Source of the DNA: Chromatiales bacterium
GTDB lineage: Bacteria; Pseudomonadota; Gammaproteobacteria; RBG-16-57-12
Reading direction: 5' to 3'
NCBI GenBank assembly: GCA_026989455.1
Contig: JALSJH010000009.1
Span: 33,401 to 97,400 of the forward strand
Length of the DNA stretch: 64,000 bases
The position numbers and the translations under genes are program-made. Of this stretch, positions 22,135-34,102 are shown one piece after another; the first letter of the stretch is position 1; every line of letters starts with the position of its first letter. The notes under the pieces were generated by a model. It did no database searches. It was not told the origin of the DNA and saw only the letters and a program-made list of their open reading frames with translations.

Positions 22135-22682
22135 TTGCGCGCCTCCAGTGTGTGAATGGGGTAGGGCCATTTCCAGTTCTGTGCGGTCTGCTTTACCGGC
22201 TGCATGACGATGCAATCAACCGGGCAGGGGGGAATGCAGAGCTCGCAGCCCGTGCACTCTGATTCGATGACGGTGTGCATCTGCTTGGCAGCTCCCAGAA
22301 TGGCATCGACCGGGCAAGCTTGTATGCAGAGGGTGCAGCCAATGCAGGTATCTTCAATGATAAAGGCGACGGTCGCCTCAGGTTCGGCCTCATGTTCGGT
22401 GCCGAGTGGTTGAGGGTCGACACCGAGCAGGTCGGCCAGAGCCAGCATGGTGGCTTCTCCACCGGGCGGGCACTGGTTGATGTTAGCTTCGCCACTGGCG
22501 ATGGCTTCGGCATAAGGGCGGCAACCAGGGTAGGAGCACTGTCCGCACTGGGTTTGCGGCAGTACATTGTCGATTTGATCAACAATGGGATCACCCTCTA
22601 CTTTAAAGCGAATAGCGGCATAGCCGAGAATCAGCCCAAAAACAGTGGCCAGCAGCGTGAGTATGATAATGGCTGTTAGCAC
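22131..22682 (-). CDS. rnfB: Rnf/Rsx complex subunit B
   Basis: [26 protein letters not shown] and CTGCELC motifs. Confidence 0.96.
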   Translation of the reverse strand: MLTAIIILTLLATVFGLILGYAAIRFKVEGDPIVDQIDNVLPQTQCGQCSYPGCRPYAEAIASGEANINQCPPGGEATMLALADLLGVDPQPLGTEHEAEPEATVAFIIEDTCIGCTLCIQACPVDAILGAAKQMHTVIESECTGCELCIPPCPVDCIVMQPVKQTAQNWKWPYPIHTLEARK

Positions 22683-22686
22683 GCGA

Positions 22687-23268
22687 CTATCCCTTCACCA
22701 GGCCAGAAAAGCCCATAAAGGCCAGCGACATGAAGCCTGCGGTGATCAGTGCGATCGGTGCGCCACGAAATATTTCGGGCACATCGGCAACTGCGATGCG
22801 CTCGCGAATGGCGGAAAAGAGGATCAAAACCAGCGAAAATCCAACCGCAGCACCAAAGCCATAAATTGCCGATTGCAGGAAGGTCATCTCCTCCTGAATG
22901 ATCAGCAATGCAACCCCCAGTACCGCGCAGTTGGTAGTGATCAGTGGCAGAAAGATACCGAGCACCTGATAGAGCAGCGGACTGGTTTTGTGCACCACCA
23001 TTTCGGTAAACTGAACCAGTGCCGCAATCACCAGTATAAAGGCGATGGTGCGTAGAAACTCAAGCCCAAAAGGGATTAGCAGATAGGTGTTTATCAAATA
23101 ACTGCATACGGAAGAGAGGGTTAATACGAAAGTGGTGGCCAGCGCCATGCCGGTGGCGGTCTCCAGTTTGCGAGAAACGCCCATGAAGGGGCATAGGCCA
23201 AGGAACTTGACCAAGACGAAGTTGTTGACCAAGACAGTGCTGACTAAAATCAGCAAGTACTCTGTCAT
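22687..23268 (-). CDS. rnfA: Rnf/Rsx complex subunit A
   Basis: [18 protein letters not shown] and [12 protein letters not shown] motifs. Confidence 0.96.
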   Translation of the reverse strand: MTEYLLILVSTVLVNNFVLVKFLGLCPFMGVSRKLETATGMALATTFVLTLSSVCSYLINTYLLIPFGLEFLRTIAFILVIAALVQFTEMVVHKTSPLLYQVLGIFLPLITTNCAVLGVALLIIQEEMTFLQSAIYGFGAAVGFSLVLILFSAIRERIAVADVPEIFRGAPIALITAGFMSLAFMGFSGLVKG

Positions 23269-23489
23269 CTGTGCAGCTCCCCACTCTCTTCAGGTTGAGC
23301 GCTCTGTACGATTCATATTTTCGCTTTGTTGGAGCGAAAACTATTGTTCGTGCAAAGTCCCCAGGTTATGTGAATTCTCATTTTGCCGTTATCTGTCGAC
23401 TGTCGCAAAGCAATGTTTTATATGAGCCTATAAAAAAGCCCATAACATTTTTTTATGGCCTTGATAAAAGTAAGGCGGGTTGGTGGTGA

Positions 23490-25523
23490 CTATTTTACCT
23501 GCATGCCCGGTTGAGCACCTTCATCAGGGCTGAGAATCCACAGCTCTTCACCGCCTGGCCCGGCTGCAAGCACCATTCCCTCCGATAGGCCAAAGCGCAT
23601 CTTTCTCGGGGCAAGGTTGGCCACCACTACCGTTAATTTTCCTTTCAGCTGCTCGGGTGTGTAGGCTGACTTTATACCGGCGAAGACAGTGCGGCTCTCA
23701 CCGCCAATGTCGAGCGTTAGTTGCAGTAGCTTATCGGCTTTTTCGACCCGTTCAGCGGCAACGATTCTGGCAATGCGCAGGTCGATTTTGGCGAAATCAT
23801 CAAAGCTGATCTCCTCTTTGATTGGGTTCTCAGTGAGAGGGCCTGTGGGTGCGGGTGGGGTGATCGCTTGCATATGTTGTTGCGACGCTGCCAGCATCGC
23901 ATCCACTTTATCTCTCTCTACCCGAGTCATCAGCGGTTTAAACTTGTTGATCTCATGGCCAAGTAATGGATTTTTTATCTCACGCCAAAGTATTTCACCG
24001 CTATTCAGAAACAGTTCTGACTTTTCGGTGGTCACCGGCAGTACTGGTTTGAGGTAGCCTATAATGACCCGGAATAGGTTGATGCCCATTGAGCAGATGG
24101 CGTGTAGCTGCTCATCTTCGCCCTCTTTTTTGGCCACCACCCACGGCTGTTGTTCATCAATATACTGATTTGCTTTGTCTGCCAGCGCCATGATGCTGCG
24201 CATAGCGTGACCAAATTCACGATTCTCATATTGGCTGGCGATGGTGTCGCCCTGGGCGATAAACTCAGCGAAAAGTGCTGGCTCACTGAGGTTTTCGGTG
24301 AGTCTGTTGTTGAAGCGTTTGCGGATGAACCCCGCACAACGACTGGCGATATTGACCACCTTTCCAACCAAGTCTGAGTTGACTCTTAACATGAAGTCTT
24401 CCATGTTCAGGTCCATGTCGCTCAGGTCACTGCCCATTTTTGCCGCCAGGTAATAGCGCAGATGCTCCGGATTAAGATGCTCCAAATAGGTGCGCGCCAT
24501 AATAAAGGTGCCACGGGATTTGGACATTTTAGCACCGTTGACCGTCAGAAAGCCGTGACAAAAGACTGCAGTAGGGGTGCGTAAATTGGCACCCTTTAGC
24601 ATGGCGGGCCAAAACAGGGTGTGAAAGTAGGCAATATCTTTACCGATGAAATGGTAAAGCTCAGCTTTACTCTCTGGCCCCCAAAAGTCATCAAAGTTAA
24701 GGTCGTCCCGTTGTGCGCAGAGGTTTTTGAAGCTGGCCATGTAGCCCACTGGGGCATCTAGCCACACATAGAAGTATTTACCGGGTTGGTCTGGAATCTC
24801 AAAGCCGAAGTAGGGAGCATCACGGGAGATGTCCCACTCTTGCAGGCCGCCTTCGAACCATTCGTTGAGTTTATTGGCCACCTCTTTCTGTACGTGCCCC
24901 TCGGTCGACCAGTGCTTTAACATGGTCTCGAAATCGCCCAGCTTGAAAAAGAAGTGCTCGGACTCTTTCTCGATAGGCTTGGCTCCGGAAAGTGCAGAGA
25001 CGGCATTTTTTAGTTCAGTGGGTGAGTAGCTGGCACCGCACGCCTCACAGTTGTCACCGTATTGATCGGCTGCGCCACATTTTGGGCACTCACCTTTGAT
25101 AAAGCGATCGGGTAGGAACATCTCTTTTTCTGGATCATAGGCCTGCTTGATTACCCGGCTATTGATATGTCCCGCCTCACGCAGGCGCGTGTAGATCATG
25201 GCAGAGAGTGTTTTGTTCTCTTCTGAATGGGTGCTGTGGTAGTTGTCAAAACCGATGGAGAAGCCCGCAAAGTCGGCCTGATGCTCACGTTTACTCTTTT
25301 CGATCAGCTGCTCCGGGGTGATGCCTTCCTTTTGCGCGCGCAGCATGATGGGAGTGCCGTGGGCATCATCGGCACAGACAAAAATAGAGTGATGGCCGCG
25401 CATCTTTTGGAAGCGGTTCCAGATGTCAGTCTGGATATGCTCTAGCATGTGACCCAAGTGGATGGGGCCGTTGGCGTAGGGCAGGGCGCTGGTAATCAGG
25501 ATGGTTCTGCTTTGATTGCTCAT
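23490..25523 (-). CDS. metG: Methionine-tRNA ligase
   Basis: [13 protein letters not shown], zinc knuckle, KMSKS and a C-terminal tRNA-binding domain. Confidence 0.98.
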   Translation of the reverse strand: MSNQSRTILITSALPYANGPIHLGHMLEHIQTDIWNRFQKMRGHHSIFVCADDAHGTPIMLRAQKEGITPEQLIEKSKREHQADFAGFSIGFDNYHSTHSEENKTLSAMIYTRLREAGHINSRVIKQAYDPEKEMFLPDRFIKGECPKCGAADQYGDNCEACGASYSPTELKNAVSALSGAKPIEKESEHFFFKLGDFETMLKHWSTEGHVQKEVANKLNEWFEGGLQEWDISRDAPYFGFEIPDQPGKYFYVWLDAPVGYMASFKNLCAQRDDLNFDDFWGPESKAELYHFIGKDIAYFHTLFWPAMLKGANLRTPTAVFCHGFLTVNGAKMSKSRGTFIMARTYLEHLNPEHLRYYLAAKMGSDLSDMDLNMEDFMLRVNSDLVGKVVNIASRCAGFIRKRFNNRLTENLSEPALFAEFIAQGDTIASQYENREFGHAMRSIMALADKANQYIDEQQPWVVAKKEGEDEQLHAICSMGINLFRVIIGYLKPVLPVTTEKSELFLNSGEILWREIKNPLLGHEINKFKPLMTRVERDKVDAMLAASQQHMQAITPPAPTGPLTENPIKEEISFDDFAKIDLRIARIVAAERVEKADKLLQLTLDIGGESRTVFAGIKSAYTPEQLKGKLTVVVANLAPRKMRFGLSEGMVLAAGPGGEELWILSPDEGAQPGMQVK

Positions 25524-25708
25524 GGTTTGGCTGTTCTTCTGTGGCGTTAGGCGTTCGCCTTTGTGTGGCTATCCGCGTAAAGCGTGCAATTTTGCAATAA
25601 ATCTACAAGTTTTGCACCGCTTTCGGGTAATATTGCGATTAATTGTGTAGATGGTGAGCTTTGTGCTGAAATCATGAGTTGTACCAAATATCTTGCCCCG
25701 GAGGTTTT

Positions 25709-26791
25709 ATGAGCAGTATTCAGCAGTCACAAGTCGAACAGGCTTTGGCGACCTATATCGACCCCTATTTGAAGCGAGACCTGCTCTCTGTCGGTGCTCT
25801 GAAGGGTGTGGAGATCGATGGGGAAAAGGTTCGTTTAAGCCTTGAGCTGGGCTTTCCTTGTGTGGGCCATCATGCGGCATTAGTTGATGGCATAACGGCC
25901 GCCTTACACGGATTTTCTGATGTTTCAGTGTCAATAACCACTAAAATCACCAGCCACTCTGTGCAGCGTGGTGTGACACCCCTGCCGGGGGTGAAAAATA
26001 TTATTGCTATTGCTTCGGGTAAAGGTGGGGTAGGGAAATCAACCACGGCGGTTAATCTGGCGCTGGCGCTTAAGCTGGAAGGTGCCAAGGTGGGTATTCT
26101 GGATGCGGATATTTATGGACCCAGTCAGCCTATGATGCTGGGGTGTCACCAGCGCCCACAATACGCTGAAGGCGAAAAAATGAAACCTTTGGTAAGTCAC
26201 GGTATTGAGTCGATGTCGATTGGTTATTTAATCGATGAAGATACGCCAATGGTGTGGCGTGGTCCTATGGTTGTTTCAGCGTTGCAGCAGCTGTTAAACG
26301 ATACCGCGTGGCAGGAGCTTGACTATTTGATTATCGACTTGCCTCCGGGTACTGGAGATATTCAGTTAACGCTGGCACAGAAGGTGCCGGTTACCGGTTC
26401 CGTGATTGTGACGACACCGCAGGATATTGCGTTGTTGGACGCACGCAAGGCGATCAGCATGTTTGAAAAGGTGTCGGTGCCGGTGATGGGTATTATTGAA
26501 AATATGAGTACCCATGTCTGTAGCCATTGCGGCCACGAAGAGCCTATTTTTGGTGAGGGTGGGGCTGCGCGTATGGCTGAGCAGTATGGTGTCGAAGTGC
26601 TGGGTTCCATGCCGCTGGATATTCGTATTCGCGAAAACCTTGATAGAGGGATGCCAACAGTGGCGGTTGAGCCTGATGGTGAGTTAGGCCTGCGCTATCG
26701 TGAGATGGCGCGTCGTATTTCGGCGCTTATCGCCTTAATGGGTAAGGATTACTCATCGAAGTTCCCCAAAATCGTGATACAAAATAAGTAA
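25709..26791 (+). CDS. apbC: Fe-S cluster carrier ATPase ApbC/Mrp
   Basis: SGKGGVGKST, DLPPGTGD and ENMS..CSHCG motifs. Divergent from metG; start follows a GGAGG RBS. Confidence 0.95.
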   Translation: MSSIQQSQVEQALATYIDPYLKRDLLSVGALKGVEIDGEKVRLSLELGFPCVGHHAALVDGITAALHGFSDVSVSITTKITSHSVQRGVTPLPGVKNIIAIASGKGGVGKSTTAVNLALALKLEGAKVGILDADIYGPSQPMMLGCHQRPQYAEGEKMKPLVSHGIESMSIGYLIDEDTPMVWRGPMVVSALQQLLNDTAWQELDYLIIDLPPGTGDIQLTLAQKVPVTGSVIVTTPQDIALLDARKAISMFEKVSVPVMGIIENMSTHVCSHCGHEEPIFGEGGAARMAEQYGVEVLGSMPLDIRIRENLDRGMPTVAVEPDGELGLRYREMARRISALIALMGKDYSSKFPKIVIQNK

Positions 26792-26792
26792 C

Positions 26793-26922
26793 GACTCAGC
26801 GTATTCATCTTTTGCTGCAACGCTTGGTTATTTTTGTACTCAATCGGCCATATATTTCCTATATGCTCCCTCTTTGCGTGCGAAAATGTCTCGATTTGAG
26901 GGGAATTTAAACACGCTGAATA
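26793..26922. repeat. Degenerate ERIC-like/MITE-like element (130 bp)
   Basis: Degenerate TIRs (GACTCAGCGTATTCATCTT vs AATTTAAACACGCTGAATA) and a central CATATA-tttcc-TATATG hairpin followed by CTCCC. Confidence 0.45.
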
Positions 26923-26956
26923 GTCAGCAAAATAATTAATAGAGAGGGCCGAGTTG

Positions 26957-27523
26957 ATGAGCATTAAGTCAGACAAGTGGATCCGTCGCATGGCAAAGAG
27001 CGATGGCATGATTGAGCCGTTTGAACCGGGCCAAGTGCGAGAGGAGAATGGGCAGCGCATTATCTCTTATGGCACCTCTAGCTATGGCTACGATGTGCGC
27101 TGCTCTGATGAGTTTAAGATCTTCACCAACATTAACTCCGCGATTGTCGATCCAAAAAACTTCGATGAGAACAGCTTTGTGGATGTGCAGTCTGATGTCT
27201 GCATTATTCCGCCAAATTCATTTGCGCTGGCGCGAACAGTCGAGTATTTCCGCATTCCCCGTAGTGTCTTAACGATTTGCCTAGGGAAATCAACCTATGC
27301 CCGCTGCGGTATTATCGTCAATGTTACGCCGCTGGAGCCAGAGTGGGAGGGGCATGTGACGCTGGAGTTCTCGAATACCACACCACTGCCCGCCAAAATA
27401 TATGCTAATGAAGGTGTCGCGCAGATGTTGTTTTACGAATCCGATGAGGTTTGCGATGTGTCGTATAAGGATCGCGGTGGTAAATACCAAGGTCAGCGAG
27501 GCGTTACACTGCCAAAGGCGTAA
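26957..27523 (+). CDS. dcd: dCTP deaminase
   Basis: [20 protein letters not shown] and GKSTYARCG motifs. Confidence 0.97.
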   Translation: MSIKSDKWIRRMAKSDGMIEPFEPGQVREENGQRIISYGTSSYGYDVRCSDEFKIFTNINSAIVDPKNFDENSFVDVQSDVCIIPPNSFALARTVEYFRIPRSVLTICLGKSTYARCGIIVNVTPLEPEWEGHVTLEFSNTTPLPAKIYANEGVAQMLFYESDEVCDVSYKDRGGKYQGQRGVTLPKA

Positions 27524-27734
27524 TCACTATTTGTTGAATAGTCTGGTTTGTTAGTCATTTTTATACTCTTCTATTGTGGTCAGCGGGGAACTGCTGCTAT
27601 ACTGCGCCACCATTGAAGTGCGGGCTCCCTCTGGGAAAGATAGTAACGCACTTGGAGTCGTCTGACGGGGTGATGGCAGTATGCTCGGTGATGATGTCGT
27701 TGTAGTATCGCTTTTGCGACTAATTTAAGACTCA

Positions 27735-27760
27735 GAGGCCCCGTCATGGGGCTTTTTGTT
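27735..27760 (+). terminator. Intrinsic terminator/attenuator upstream of rimP
   Basis: GAGGCCCC-gtcat-GGGGCTTT followed by TTG TT. Confidence 0.7.
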
Positions 27761-27800
27761 AGCTGCAGGGAAGCCTGCTGGCTATATAGAGTTGTAATAG

Positions 27801-27828
27801 GTGGGCCATTGGCCCATTTTTTGTTTTT
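27801..27828 (+). promoter_or_regulatory. rimP leader hairpin
   Basis: TGGGCCA-t-TGGCCCA followed by a T-run immediately 5' of rimP, matching the GGGC...GCCC leader hairpin typical of this locus. Confidence 0.6.
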
Positions 27829-27841
27829 GAAGGTGGCCGTT

Positions 27842-28297
27842 GTGCGTAAAGCATCTGATAAGTTATACGAAATAATTACCCCGGTAGTTGAAGCACTTGG
27901 CTATGAGCTGGTGGGTATTGAGTATATTTCTCAGGGAAAACACTCGGTGCTGCGGCTCTATATCGATAGTGAAAAAGGTATCGTTGTCGATGACTGCGCT
28001 GAGGTGAGCCACCAGGTGAGTGGTGTGCTGGATGTCGAAGACCCCGTTAAGGGCGTTTACCATCTGGAGGTCTCCTCACCGGGTTTGGACAGGCCGCTAT
28101 TTAACGAAGAGCATTATGAGCGTTTTGCGGGACATCAAGCCAAAATACAGCTAACCGCGCCGCTGAATGGGCGGCGTAAGTTTCAAGGTGTTTTGCTTGG
28201 TTTGAAAGCGGGTGGAGTGGCAATTGTTGTAGATGATACTGAATATCTACTGCCCTTTGCTTCTATAGATAAAGCGAATTTGGTCCCCGAATTCTGA
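27842..28297 (+). CDS. rimP: Ribosome maturation factor RimP
   Basis: LRLYID, DDCAEVS and YHLEVSSPGLDRPL motifs; probable GTG start. Confidence 0.95.
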   Translation: MRKASDKLYEIITPVVEALGYELVGIEYISQGKHSVLRLYIDSEKGIVVDDCAEVSHQVSGVLDVEDPVKGVYHLEVSSPGLDRPLFNEEHYERFAGHQAKIQLTAPLNGRRKFQGVLLGLKAGGVAIVVDDTEYLLPFASIDKANLVPEF

Positions 28298-28322
28298 TAT
28301 TGAGGCCGCTGGAGGCAGTGAT

Positions 28323-29819
28323 ATGAGTAAAGAGATTTTGATGGTTGTTGATGCCGTTTCCAATGAGAAGGGTGTTGAGAGCGAAATCATATTTGAGGCA
28401 ATTGAAGCGGCGCTGGCGATGGCGACCAAAAGGCTTCATAGCGAAGATATGAATATTGAAGTGGTCATTGATCGTAAGAGTGGTGACTACGAAACTTTTC
28501 GCGTGTGGAACGTGGTTGACTATCCTGATCTAGAAGATCCTGAAAGTGAACTGACCATGGTTGATGCAGTCGATTACGACGAAAATGCTCAGGTGGGTGA
28601 TGTCATCAAAGAGCCTATGGAGTCTGTTGAGTTTGGGCGTATTGCAGCGCAGACAGCCAAGCAGGTGATTGTGCAGAAGGTTCGTGAAGCTGAGCGTGCG
28701 CAAATTGTAGAGCTGTATGAGCACCGCAAGGGTGAGTTGATTACCGGTGTGGTTAAGCGCCTTGATAAAGGCGGTGTCATACTGGATATGGGTAACCACG
28801 CTGAGGCGAGCATTACCCGGGAAAATATGATTCCCCGTGAGGCGGTTCGTCCAGGTGATCGAATTAGAGGCTTGCTTTTTGATGTGCGCGCCGAGAGTCG
28901 TGGCCCGCTACTACATGTGAGTCGCAGCCACCCCGACCTTTTAATCGAGCTGTTTAAGCTGGAAGTTCCGGAAGTGGGTGATGATGTGATTAGCATCATC
29001 AGTGCGGCCAGAGACCCCGGTGTACGCGCTAAAATAGCGGTGCGTAGTAACGATGATCGAATTGATCCGGTGGGGGCTTGTGTCGGTATGCGAGGCTCTC
29101 GTGTGCAGTCGGTCTCTAACGAGTTAGCGGGTGAGCGGGTTGATATCATTCTGTGGGATGAAAACCCTGCGCAGTTTGTTATTAACGCAATGTCTCCAGC
29201 TGAAGTGAGTTCAATCGTTGTTGATGAAGATGCGCACAGCATGGACATTGCGGTGGTTGATGAGCAGCTCTCACAAGCGATTGGCCGTAATGGACAAAAT
29301 ATCAGGTTGGCGACAGAGCTGACCGGGTGGACGCTGAATGTGATGGGTGAATCACAGGCGGCTGAGCAGAGTGAGATGGAAGCAAAGGCCGCGCAGGCGC
29401 TGTTTGTTGATAAGCTCGATGCAGATGAAGATGTGGCGGCAATTTTGTATCAGGAAGGCTTTAGTAGTATTGAAGAGATTGCCTATGTGCCCCATGCCGA
29501 GTTGCTGGAAATTGAAGAGTTTGATGAAGATATTGTTGATGAACTGCGTAATCGTGCTCGAGATGTCCTGCTGACCCAGGATATTTCAAAAGAGGAGCAT
29601 GCTGATGATAAACCAGGCGTAATAGAGTTGATCGATTTGGAGGGTATGGATGAGGCGCTCTACCAGCTGTTAACCGCTCGCGGTATCAATAGTTGGGAAG
29701 AATTGGCGGAACTCTCCATAGATGATTTTGATGATGTAGACGGTGTTGATGAAACACGTGCGGGTGCCTTGATTATGGCCGCTCGCGCACCATGGTTTGC
29801 AGAAGAGAGCAATAAATAA
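28323..29819 (+). CDS. nusA: Transcription factor NusA
   Basis: FGRIAAQTAKQVI, S1/KH domains, DPVGACVGMRGSRV. Confidence 0.98.
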   Translation: MSKEILMVVDAVSNEKGVESEIIFEAIEAALAMATKRLHSEDMNIEVVIDRKSGDYETFRVWNVVDYPDLEDPESELTMVDAVDYDENAQVGDVIKEPMESVEFGRIAAQTAKQVIVQKVREAERAQIVELYEHRKGELITGVVKRLDKGGVILDMGNHAEASITRENMIPREAVRPGDRIRGLLFDVRAESRGPLLHVSRSHPDLLIELFKLEVPEVGDDVISIISAARDPGVRAKIAVRSNDDRIDPVGACVGMRGSRVQSVSNELAGERVDIILWDENPAQFVINAMSPAEVSSIVVDEDAHSMDIAVVDEQLSQAIGRNGQNIRLATELTGWTLNVMGESQAAEQSEMEAKAAQALFVDKLDADEDVAAILYQEGFSSIEEIAYVPHAELLEIEEFDEDIVDELRNRARDVLLTQDISKEEHADDKPGVIELIDLEGMDEALYQLLTARGINSWEELAELSIDDFDDVDGVDETRAGALIMAARAPWFAEESNK

Positions 29820-29840
29820 GTAGCTCAAGGGGTAGGTGTT

Positions 29841-32426
29841 ATGTCTAGCGTAACAGTCAAACAATTTGCTGAGGCAGTCTCTGTTCCGGTTGAACGATTA
29901 CTTTCTCAGTTGTCAGAGGCTGGGTTGTCAGCTGAGACAGCGGACGCGTTGATTAGTGATGATGAGAAGGTTCTTTTGCTGGATTTTTTGCGCAAAAGTG
30001 GTGATGGAGTGAAAGAAAAGGCAGTTTCATCGCCTAAGAAAATCACGCTTAATCGCAAATCGACCAGTGAGCTGCGCCAGTCATCATCCCAAGGTGGTCG
30101 TTCAAAGACGGTCAGTGTTGAGGTGCGTAAAAAACGTACCTACGTCAAGCGCAGTGCGGCGGTAGATGAAACACCGACACCTAGCCCAGAAGAGAGCTCT
30201 GTTGAAACAGTCGCAGAGGTTGTTGCAAAGCCACCCGAGCCAGAAAAATCTGAAGAGACGCTGAAGCAAGAGATGCGTGAACGTGCCATTGAGCAGGCGC
30301 GTGTCACTGCGGCGACAGAGGCCAGTAAGAAGGCTAAGCTGAAAGGCGATGTGCTTGAAGAGGTGCGTCGACTCGCCGCTGAAGAGTCGAACCGTAAAAA
30401 GGCAGAGGAGGAGGCGCGCCTGTTGATTGAAGCGCGTAACGCCGTTAAGAGCACGGCAGCGCCTGCATCCGAGAAAAAAGCGGATGACACTAACCCGCGC
30501 AACAATAAGCGCAGGGGTAAGGGTGGCGATCGTGAAACCAAGTATGGCCGCAAAGAGCTGCATGTGGCAAAAGGCAAATCGGGTCGACGTGGTGGCAAGA
30601 AAGGCAAGCGTGCTCGTATGGTTGTTGATGATAATCAAGAGCATGGCTTTACAGCGCCTACGGCTCCAATTGTGCGCGAAGTGGCTGTGTCGGAGACCAT
30701 TGCGGTTGCCGAACTGGCTCAACGCATGGCCGTTAAGGCTGCGGATGTTATCAAGGCGATGATGAATATGGGCACCATGGTGACCATAAATCAGGTGCTG
30801 GATCAGGAGACTGCCTCCATTGTGATTGAAGAGATGGGGCATAAAGTCAAGCTGATCAATGAAGATGCGATTGAAGATGAAATTGTAGGCCTAGTTGATG
30901 AAGATAACGGTGAGCGGGTTTCTCGGCCACCGGTTGTTACCATTATGGGGCATGTCGATCACGGTAAAACGTCACTGCTTGATTATATTCGAACCACTAA
31001 GGTTGCAGCGGGTGAAGCCGGTGGCATCACCCAGCATATCGGTGCATACCATGTGGATACACCAAAAGGAACCATCTCATTCCTCGATACTCCAGGGCAC
31101 GCAGCGTTTACTGCAATGCGTGCTCGGGGTGCTAAAGCAACCGATATCGTGGTGCTTGTGGTTGCCGCAGATGATGGCGTGATGCCGCAAACAAAAGAGG
31201 CCATTCAGCATGCGAAAGCAGCTGAAGTACCCCTTATTATTGCAGTTAATAAGTGTGATAAAGATGAGGCAGATCCTAAACGCGTCATGCAGGAGCTGGT
31301 GGCGGAAGAGGTTATCCCGGAAGATTGGGGTGGTGAGCATATGTTTATTCAGGTCTCCGCCAAAACCGGACAAGGTGTTGATGAGTTGCTGGACAGCATC
31401 TTACTGCAGACCGAGATCCTTGAACTCACAGCCGTTACTGATGCACCGGCAAGAGGCGTTGTTATCGAGTCACGTCTCGATAAAGGTCGGGGGCCTGTGG
31501 CGACCATTTTGGTTCAAAACGGTACCTTGAAAAAAGGGGATATCGTGCTGGCGGGTCTGGAGTATGGTCGAGTGCGTACCATGCTTGATGAAAACGGCAA
31601 GCTGGTGACCAATGCAGGGCCATCGATGCCGGTTGAAATACTCGGTCTATCCGGTGTTCCTTCTGCAGGTGATGAGGCCATTGTGGTTGCCAATGAGCGT
31701 AAGGCGCGAGAAGTGGCGATGTTCCGCCAAGGCAAGTTCCGCGAAATAAAACTGGCGCGCCAACAGAAGGCTAAGCTGGAAAATATGTTCAACACTATGG
31801 CTGAAGGCAAAGTCAGTACCATGAACCTAGTTATTAAAGCCGATGTTCAAGGTTCATCTGAGGCACTCTCCGATGCGCTGCGTAAGCTCTCAACGGATGA
31901 GGTTCGAGTTAATATCGTCGCCAGTGGTGTGGGTGGTATTACCGAATCTGATATGAACCTGGCGATGGCATCCAGTGCCGTGGTGATTGGTTTCAATGTT
32001 CGTGCCGAAATATCGGCCAAGCGTTTAGCTGAAAATGAAGAGATTGAACTGCGTTACTACAGCGTGATTTATGATGCGATTGACGAGGTTCGCCATGCCA
32101 TGACAGGCATGTTGGCACCTGAGTTCAAAGACGTGGTGGTGGGTATGGCTGAAGTTCGTGACGTGTTCAGCGCGCCAAAAATTGGTTTGATTGCTGGGTG
32201 TATGGTCATGGAAGGTGCGGTCAGACGCAGTAGCCCGATTCGAGTGCTGCGTGACAATGTTGTCGTCTACGAAGGTGAGCTCGAATCATTGCGCCGCTTC
32301 AAAGATGATGTCAATGAGGTCAAGAGCGGCACCGAGTGTGGCATCGGCGTGAAAAACTACAATGACGTTCAAGTGGGTGACCAGATTGAAGTCTATGATC
32401 GTATCGAGGTTAAACGTACACTTTAA
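29841..32426 (+). CDS. infB: Translation initiation factor IF-2
   Basis: [18 protein letters not shown] and NKCD motifs. Confidence 0.98.
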   Translation: MSSVTVKQFAEAVSVPVERLLSQLSEAGLSAETADALISDDEKVLLLDFLRKSGDGVKEKAVSSPKKITLNRKSTSELRQSSSQGGRSKTVSVEVRKKRTYVKRSAAVDETPTPSPEESSVETVAEVVAKPPEPEKSEETLKQEMRERAIEQARVTAATEASKKAKLKGDVLEEVRRLAAEESNRKKAEEEARLLIEARNAVKSTAAPASEKKADDTNPRNNKRRGKGGDRETKYGRKELHVAKGKSGRRGGKKGKRARMVVDDNQEHGFTAPTAPIVREVAVSETIAVAELAQRMAVKAADVIKAMMNMGTMVTINQVLDQETASIVIEEMGHKVKLINEDAIEDEIVGLVDEDNGERVSRPPVVTIMGHVDHGKTSLLDYIRTTKVAAGEAGGITQHIGAYHVDTPKGTISFLDTPGHAAFTAMRARGAKATDIVVLVVAADDGVMPQTKEAIQHAKAAEVPLIIAVNKCDKDEADPKRVMQELVAEEVIPEDWGGEHMFIQVSAKTGQGVDELLDSILLQTEILELTAVTDAPARGVVIESRLDKGRGPVATILVQNGTLKKGDIVLAGLEYGRVRTMLDENGKLVTNAGPSMPVEILGLSGVPSAGDEAIVVANERKAREVAMFRQGKFREIKLARQQKAKLENMFNTMAEGKVSTMNLVIKADVQGSSEALSDALRKLSTDEVRVNIVASGVGGITESDMNLAMASSAVVIGFNVRAEISAKRLAENEEIELRYYSVIYDAIDEVRHAMTGMLAPEFKDVVVGMAEVRDVFSAPKIGLIAGCMVMEGAVRRSSPIRVLRDNVVVYEGELESLRRFKDDVNEVKSGTECGIGVKNYNDVQVGDQIEVYDRIEVKRTL

Positions 32427-32842
32427 TGGCGACGCGTAACTACAAACGAACGGACCGTGTGGCGGATCAGATTCAACGTGAGCTGGCTCAGTTGATTGCT
32501 CGCCAGGTAAAAGACCCGCGTGTGGGTATGGTGACGATTACGGGTGTTGATGTCACTCGTGAGTTTGATCATGCGAAGATATTTTTCACCGTTATGGATG
32601 CAGATCAAGCCACGATTAAAGAGACCTCGACTGGATTGACTAAGGCGGCGGGCTTTCTGCGAAGAGAGTTGGGGCGTGCTATTCGTCTGCGAACGGTTCC
32701 GCAACTTCATTTTCACTATGACAGTTCCATCGAGCACGGCGCTCACCTCTCCAACCTGATTGAGCAGGCGGTTAAAAGTGATAAACGGCTTGCCGATGAT
32801 GCGGATGAGGGTATTGATTTGCCTGAAAACGACAAGCGGTAG
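32426..32842 (+). CDS. rbfA: Ribosome-binding factor A
   Basis: [18 protein letters not shown] and LRTVPQLHF motifs. Confidence 0.97.
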   Translation: MATRNYKRTDRVADQIQRELAQLIARQVKDPRVGMVTITGVDVTREFDHAKIFFTVMDADQATIKETSTGLTKAAGFLRRELGRAIRLRTVPQLHFHYDSSIEHGAHLSNLIEQAVKSDKRLADDADEGIDLPENDKR

Positions 32843-32850
32843 GTCGGCAG

Positions 32851-33768
32851 GTGGCTCGGCGTAAGAGAGGTCGTGACCTCAGTGGTGTTCTGCTTCTGAA
32901 TAAACCGCTGGGTGATAGCTCCAACGGCATATTACAGCGTGTAAAGCGCCTTTATAATGCCAATAAAGCGGGGCATACTGGCGCGCTTGATCCACTGGCA
33001 AGTGGCATGTTGCCGATCTGTTTTGGTGAGGCTACCAAGTTTTCAAGTTATCTGCTGAATTCTGATAAGTGCTATATTGCGACCTGCAAACTGGGTGCCA
33101 CCACCACCACGGGTGATGCCGAGGGAGAAGTGGTTCAACAACGCCCGGTAGGGGTGTATAGTAGGGCGCTAATGGCGCAAGTGGTTGCGCGCTTTAGCGG
33201 TGAAATTGAACAGATACCTCCCATGTATTCGGCCCTCAAACATAAGGGGCAGCCGCTGTACAAATTGGCAAGGCGAGGTGAAGAGGTTGAGCGTAAAGCA
33301 CGCTCTATAACGATACATCGCTTGGATATCCTGCGTCACGAAGGTGATGAGCTGGATATTCGGGTCTGTAGTTCCAAGGGAACGTATATACGAACCCTTG
33401 CTGAGGATATCGGTGAGTTCCTCGGTTGTGGTGCCCATTTAACTGCCCTTCATCGTGAATGGGTGGCAGGATACGAAGATCATCCAATGGTCTCTCTTGC
33501 GCTGGTTGAGCAGCTGGCTGAGCAGGGATTTGAACAACTGGATGAGAAATTGTTACCGATGGAAGCCGCACTGAAAGACTTTCCGCAGGTTGAGCTTGAT
33601 GCCGATGCCTCGTTTTACATCTGTCGCGGTCAACAGGTGTTTGTAGCGAATAGCCCCCCTTGTGGTCTGTTACGGCTCTATTCGCATGAAAAAGCCTTTT
33701 TGGGTTTGGGTGAAGTTCAGAGTGATGGACGAATCGCCCCCAAACGGCTTGTTAGCAGCGTTGAGTAA
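32851..33768 (+). CDS. truB: tRNA pseudouridine(55) synthase
   Basis: KAGHTGALDPLASG, PPMYSALK and KGTYIRTL motifs. Confidence 0.97.
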   Translation: MARRKRGRDLSGVLLLNKPLGDSSNGILQRVKRLYNANKAGHTGALDPLASGMLPICFGEATKFSSYLLNSDKCYIATCKLGATTTTGDAEGEVVQQRPVGVYSRALMAQVVARFSGEIEQIPPMYSALKHKGQPLYKLARRGEEVERKARSITIHRLDILRHEGDELDIRVCSSKGTYIRTLAEDIGEFLGCGAHLTALHREWVAGYEDHPMVSLALVEQLAEQGFEQLDEKLLPMEAALKDFPQVELDADASFYICRGQQVFVANSPPCGLLRLYSHEKAFLGLGEVQSDGRIAPKRLVSSVE

Positions 33769-33832
33769 TCATCAGCTGCTTAATTAATTTAAACTTATCC
33801 TGTACAGCAGGAGATTATTAGGAGTTTTACCA

Positions 33833-34102
33833 ATGGCATTAACTGCTCAAGATAAACAAGCTATTGTCAACGATTACAAGCGTGGCGAGAGTGATACAGG
33901 CTCCCCCGAGGTTCAGGTTGCACTGCTGACTGCGCGTATCGAAGACCTCTCTGGTCACTTTAAAGAGCACAAGCATGACCACCACTCACGCCAAGGTCTG
34001 CTGCGTTGTGTTAACCAGCGTCGCAAATTATTAAGCTACCTGAAAAACAAAGATCTGGGTCGCTACCGCGATTTGATCTCTCGTTTAGGTCTGCGTAAGT
34101 AA
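33833..34102 (+). CDS. rpsO: 30S ribosomal protein S15
   Basis: [22 protein letters not shown]. Confidence 0.98.
   Translation: MALTAQDKQAIVNDYKRGESDTGSPEVQVALLTARIEDLSGHFKEHKHDHHSRQGLLRCVNQRRKLLSYLKNKDLGRYRDLISRLGLRK

Noticed and set aside
27604-27760. tRNA-Met (metY) upstream of rimP
   Set aside because: No T-loop GGTTCRA, anticodon arm or CCA end; reported as a candidate unknown RNA instead.
28589-29248. 219-aa antisense ORF inside nusA (and similar long antisense ORFs in infB and pnp)
   Set aside because: Fully overlaps a highly conserved gene, has no recognisable motifs, and is the expected shadow ORF of biased codon usage.
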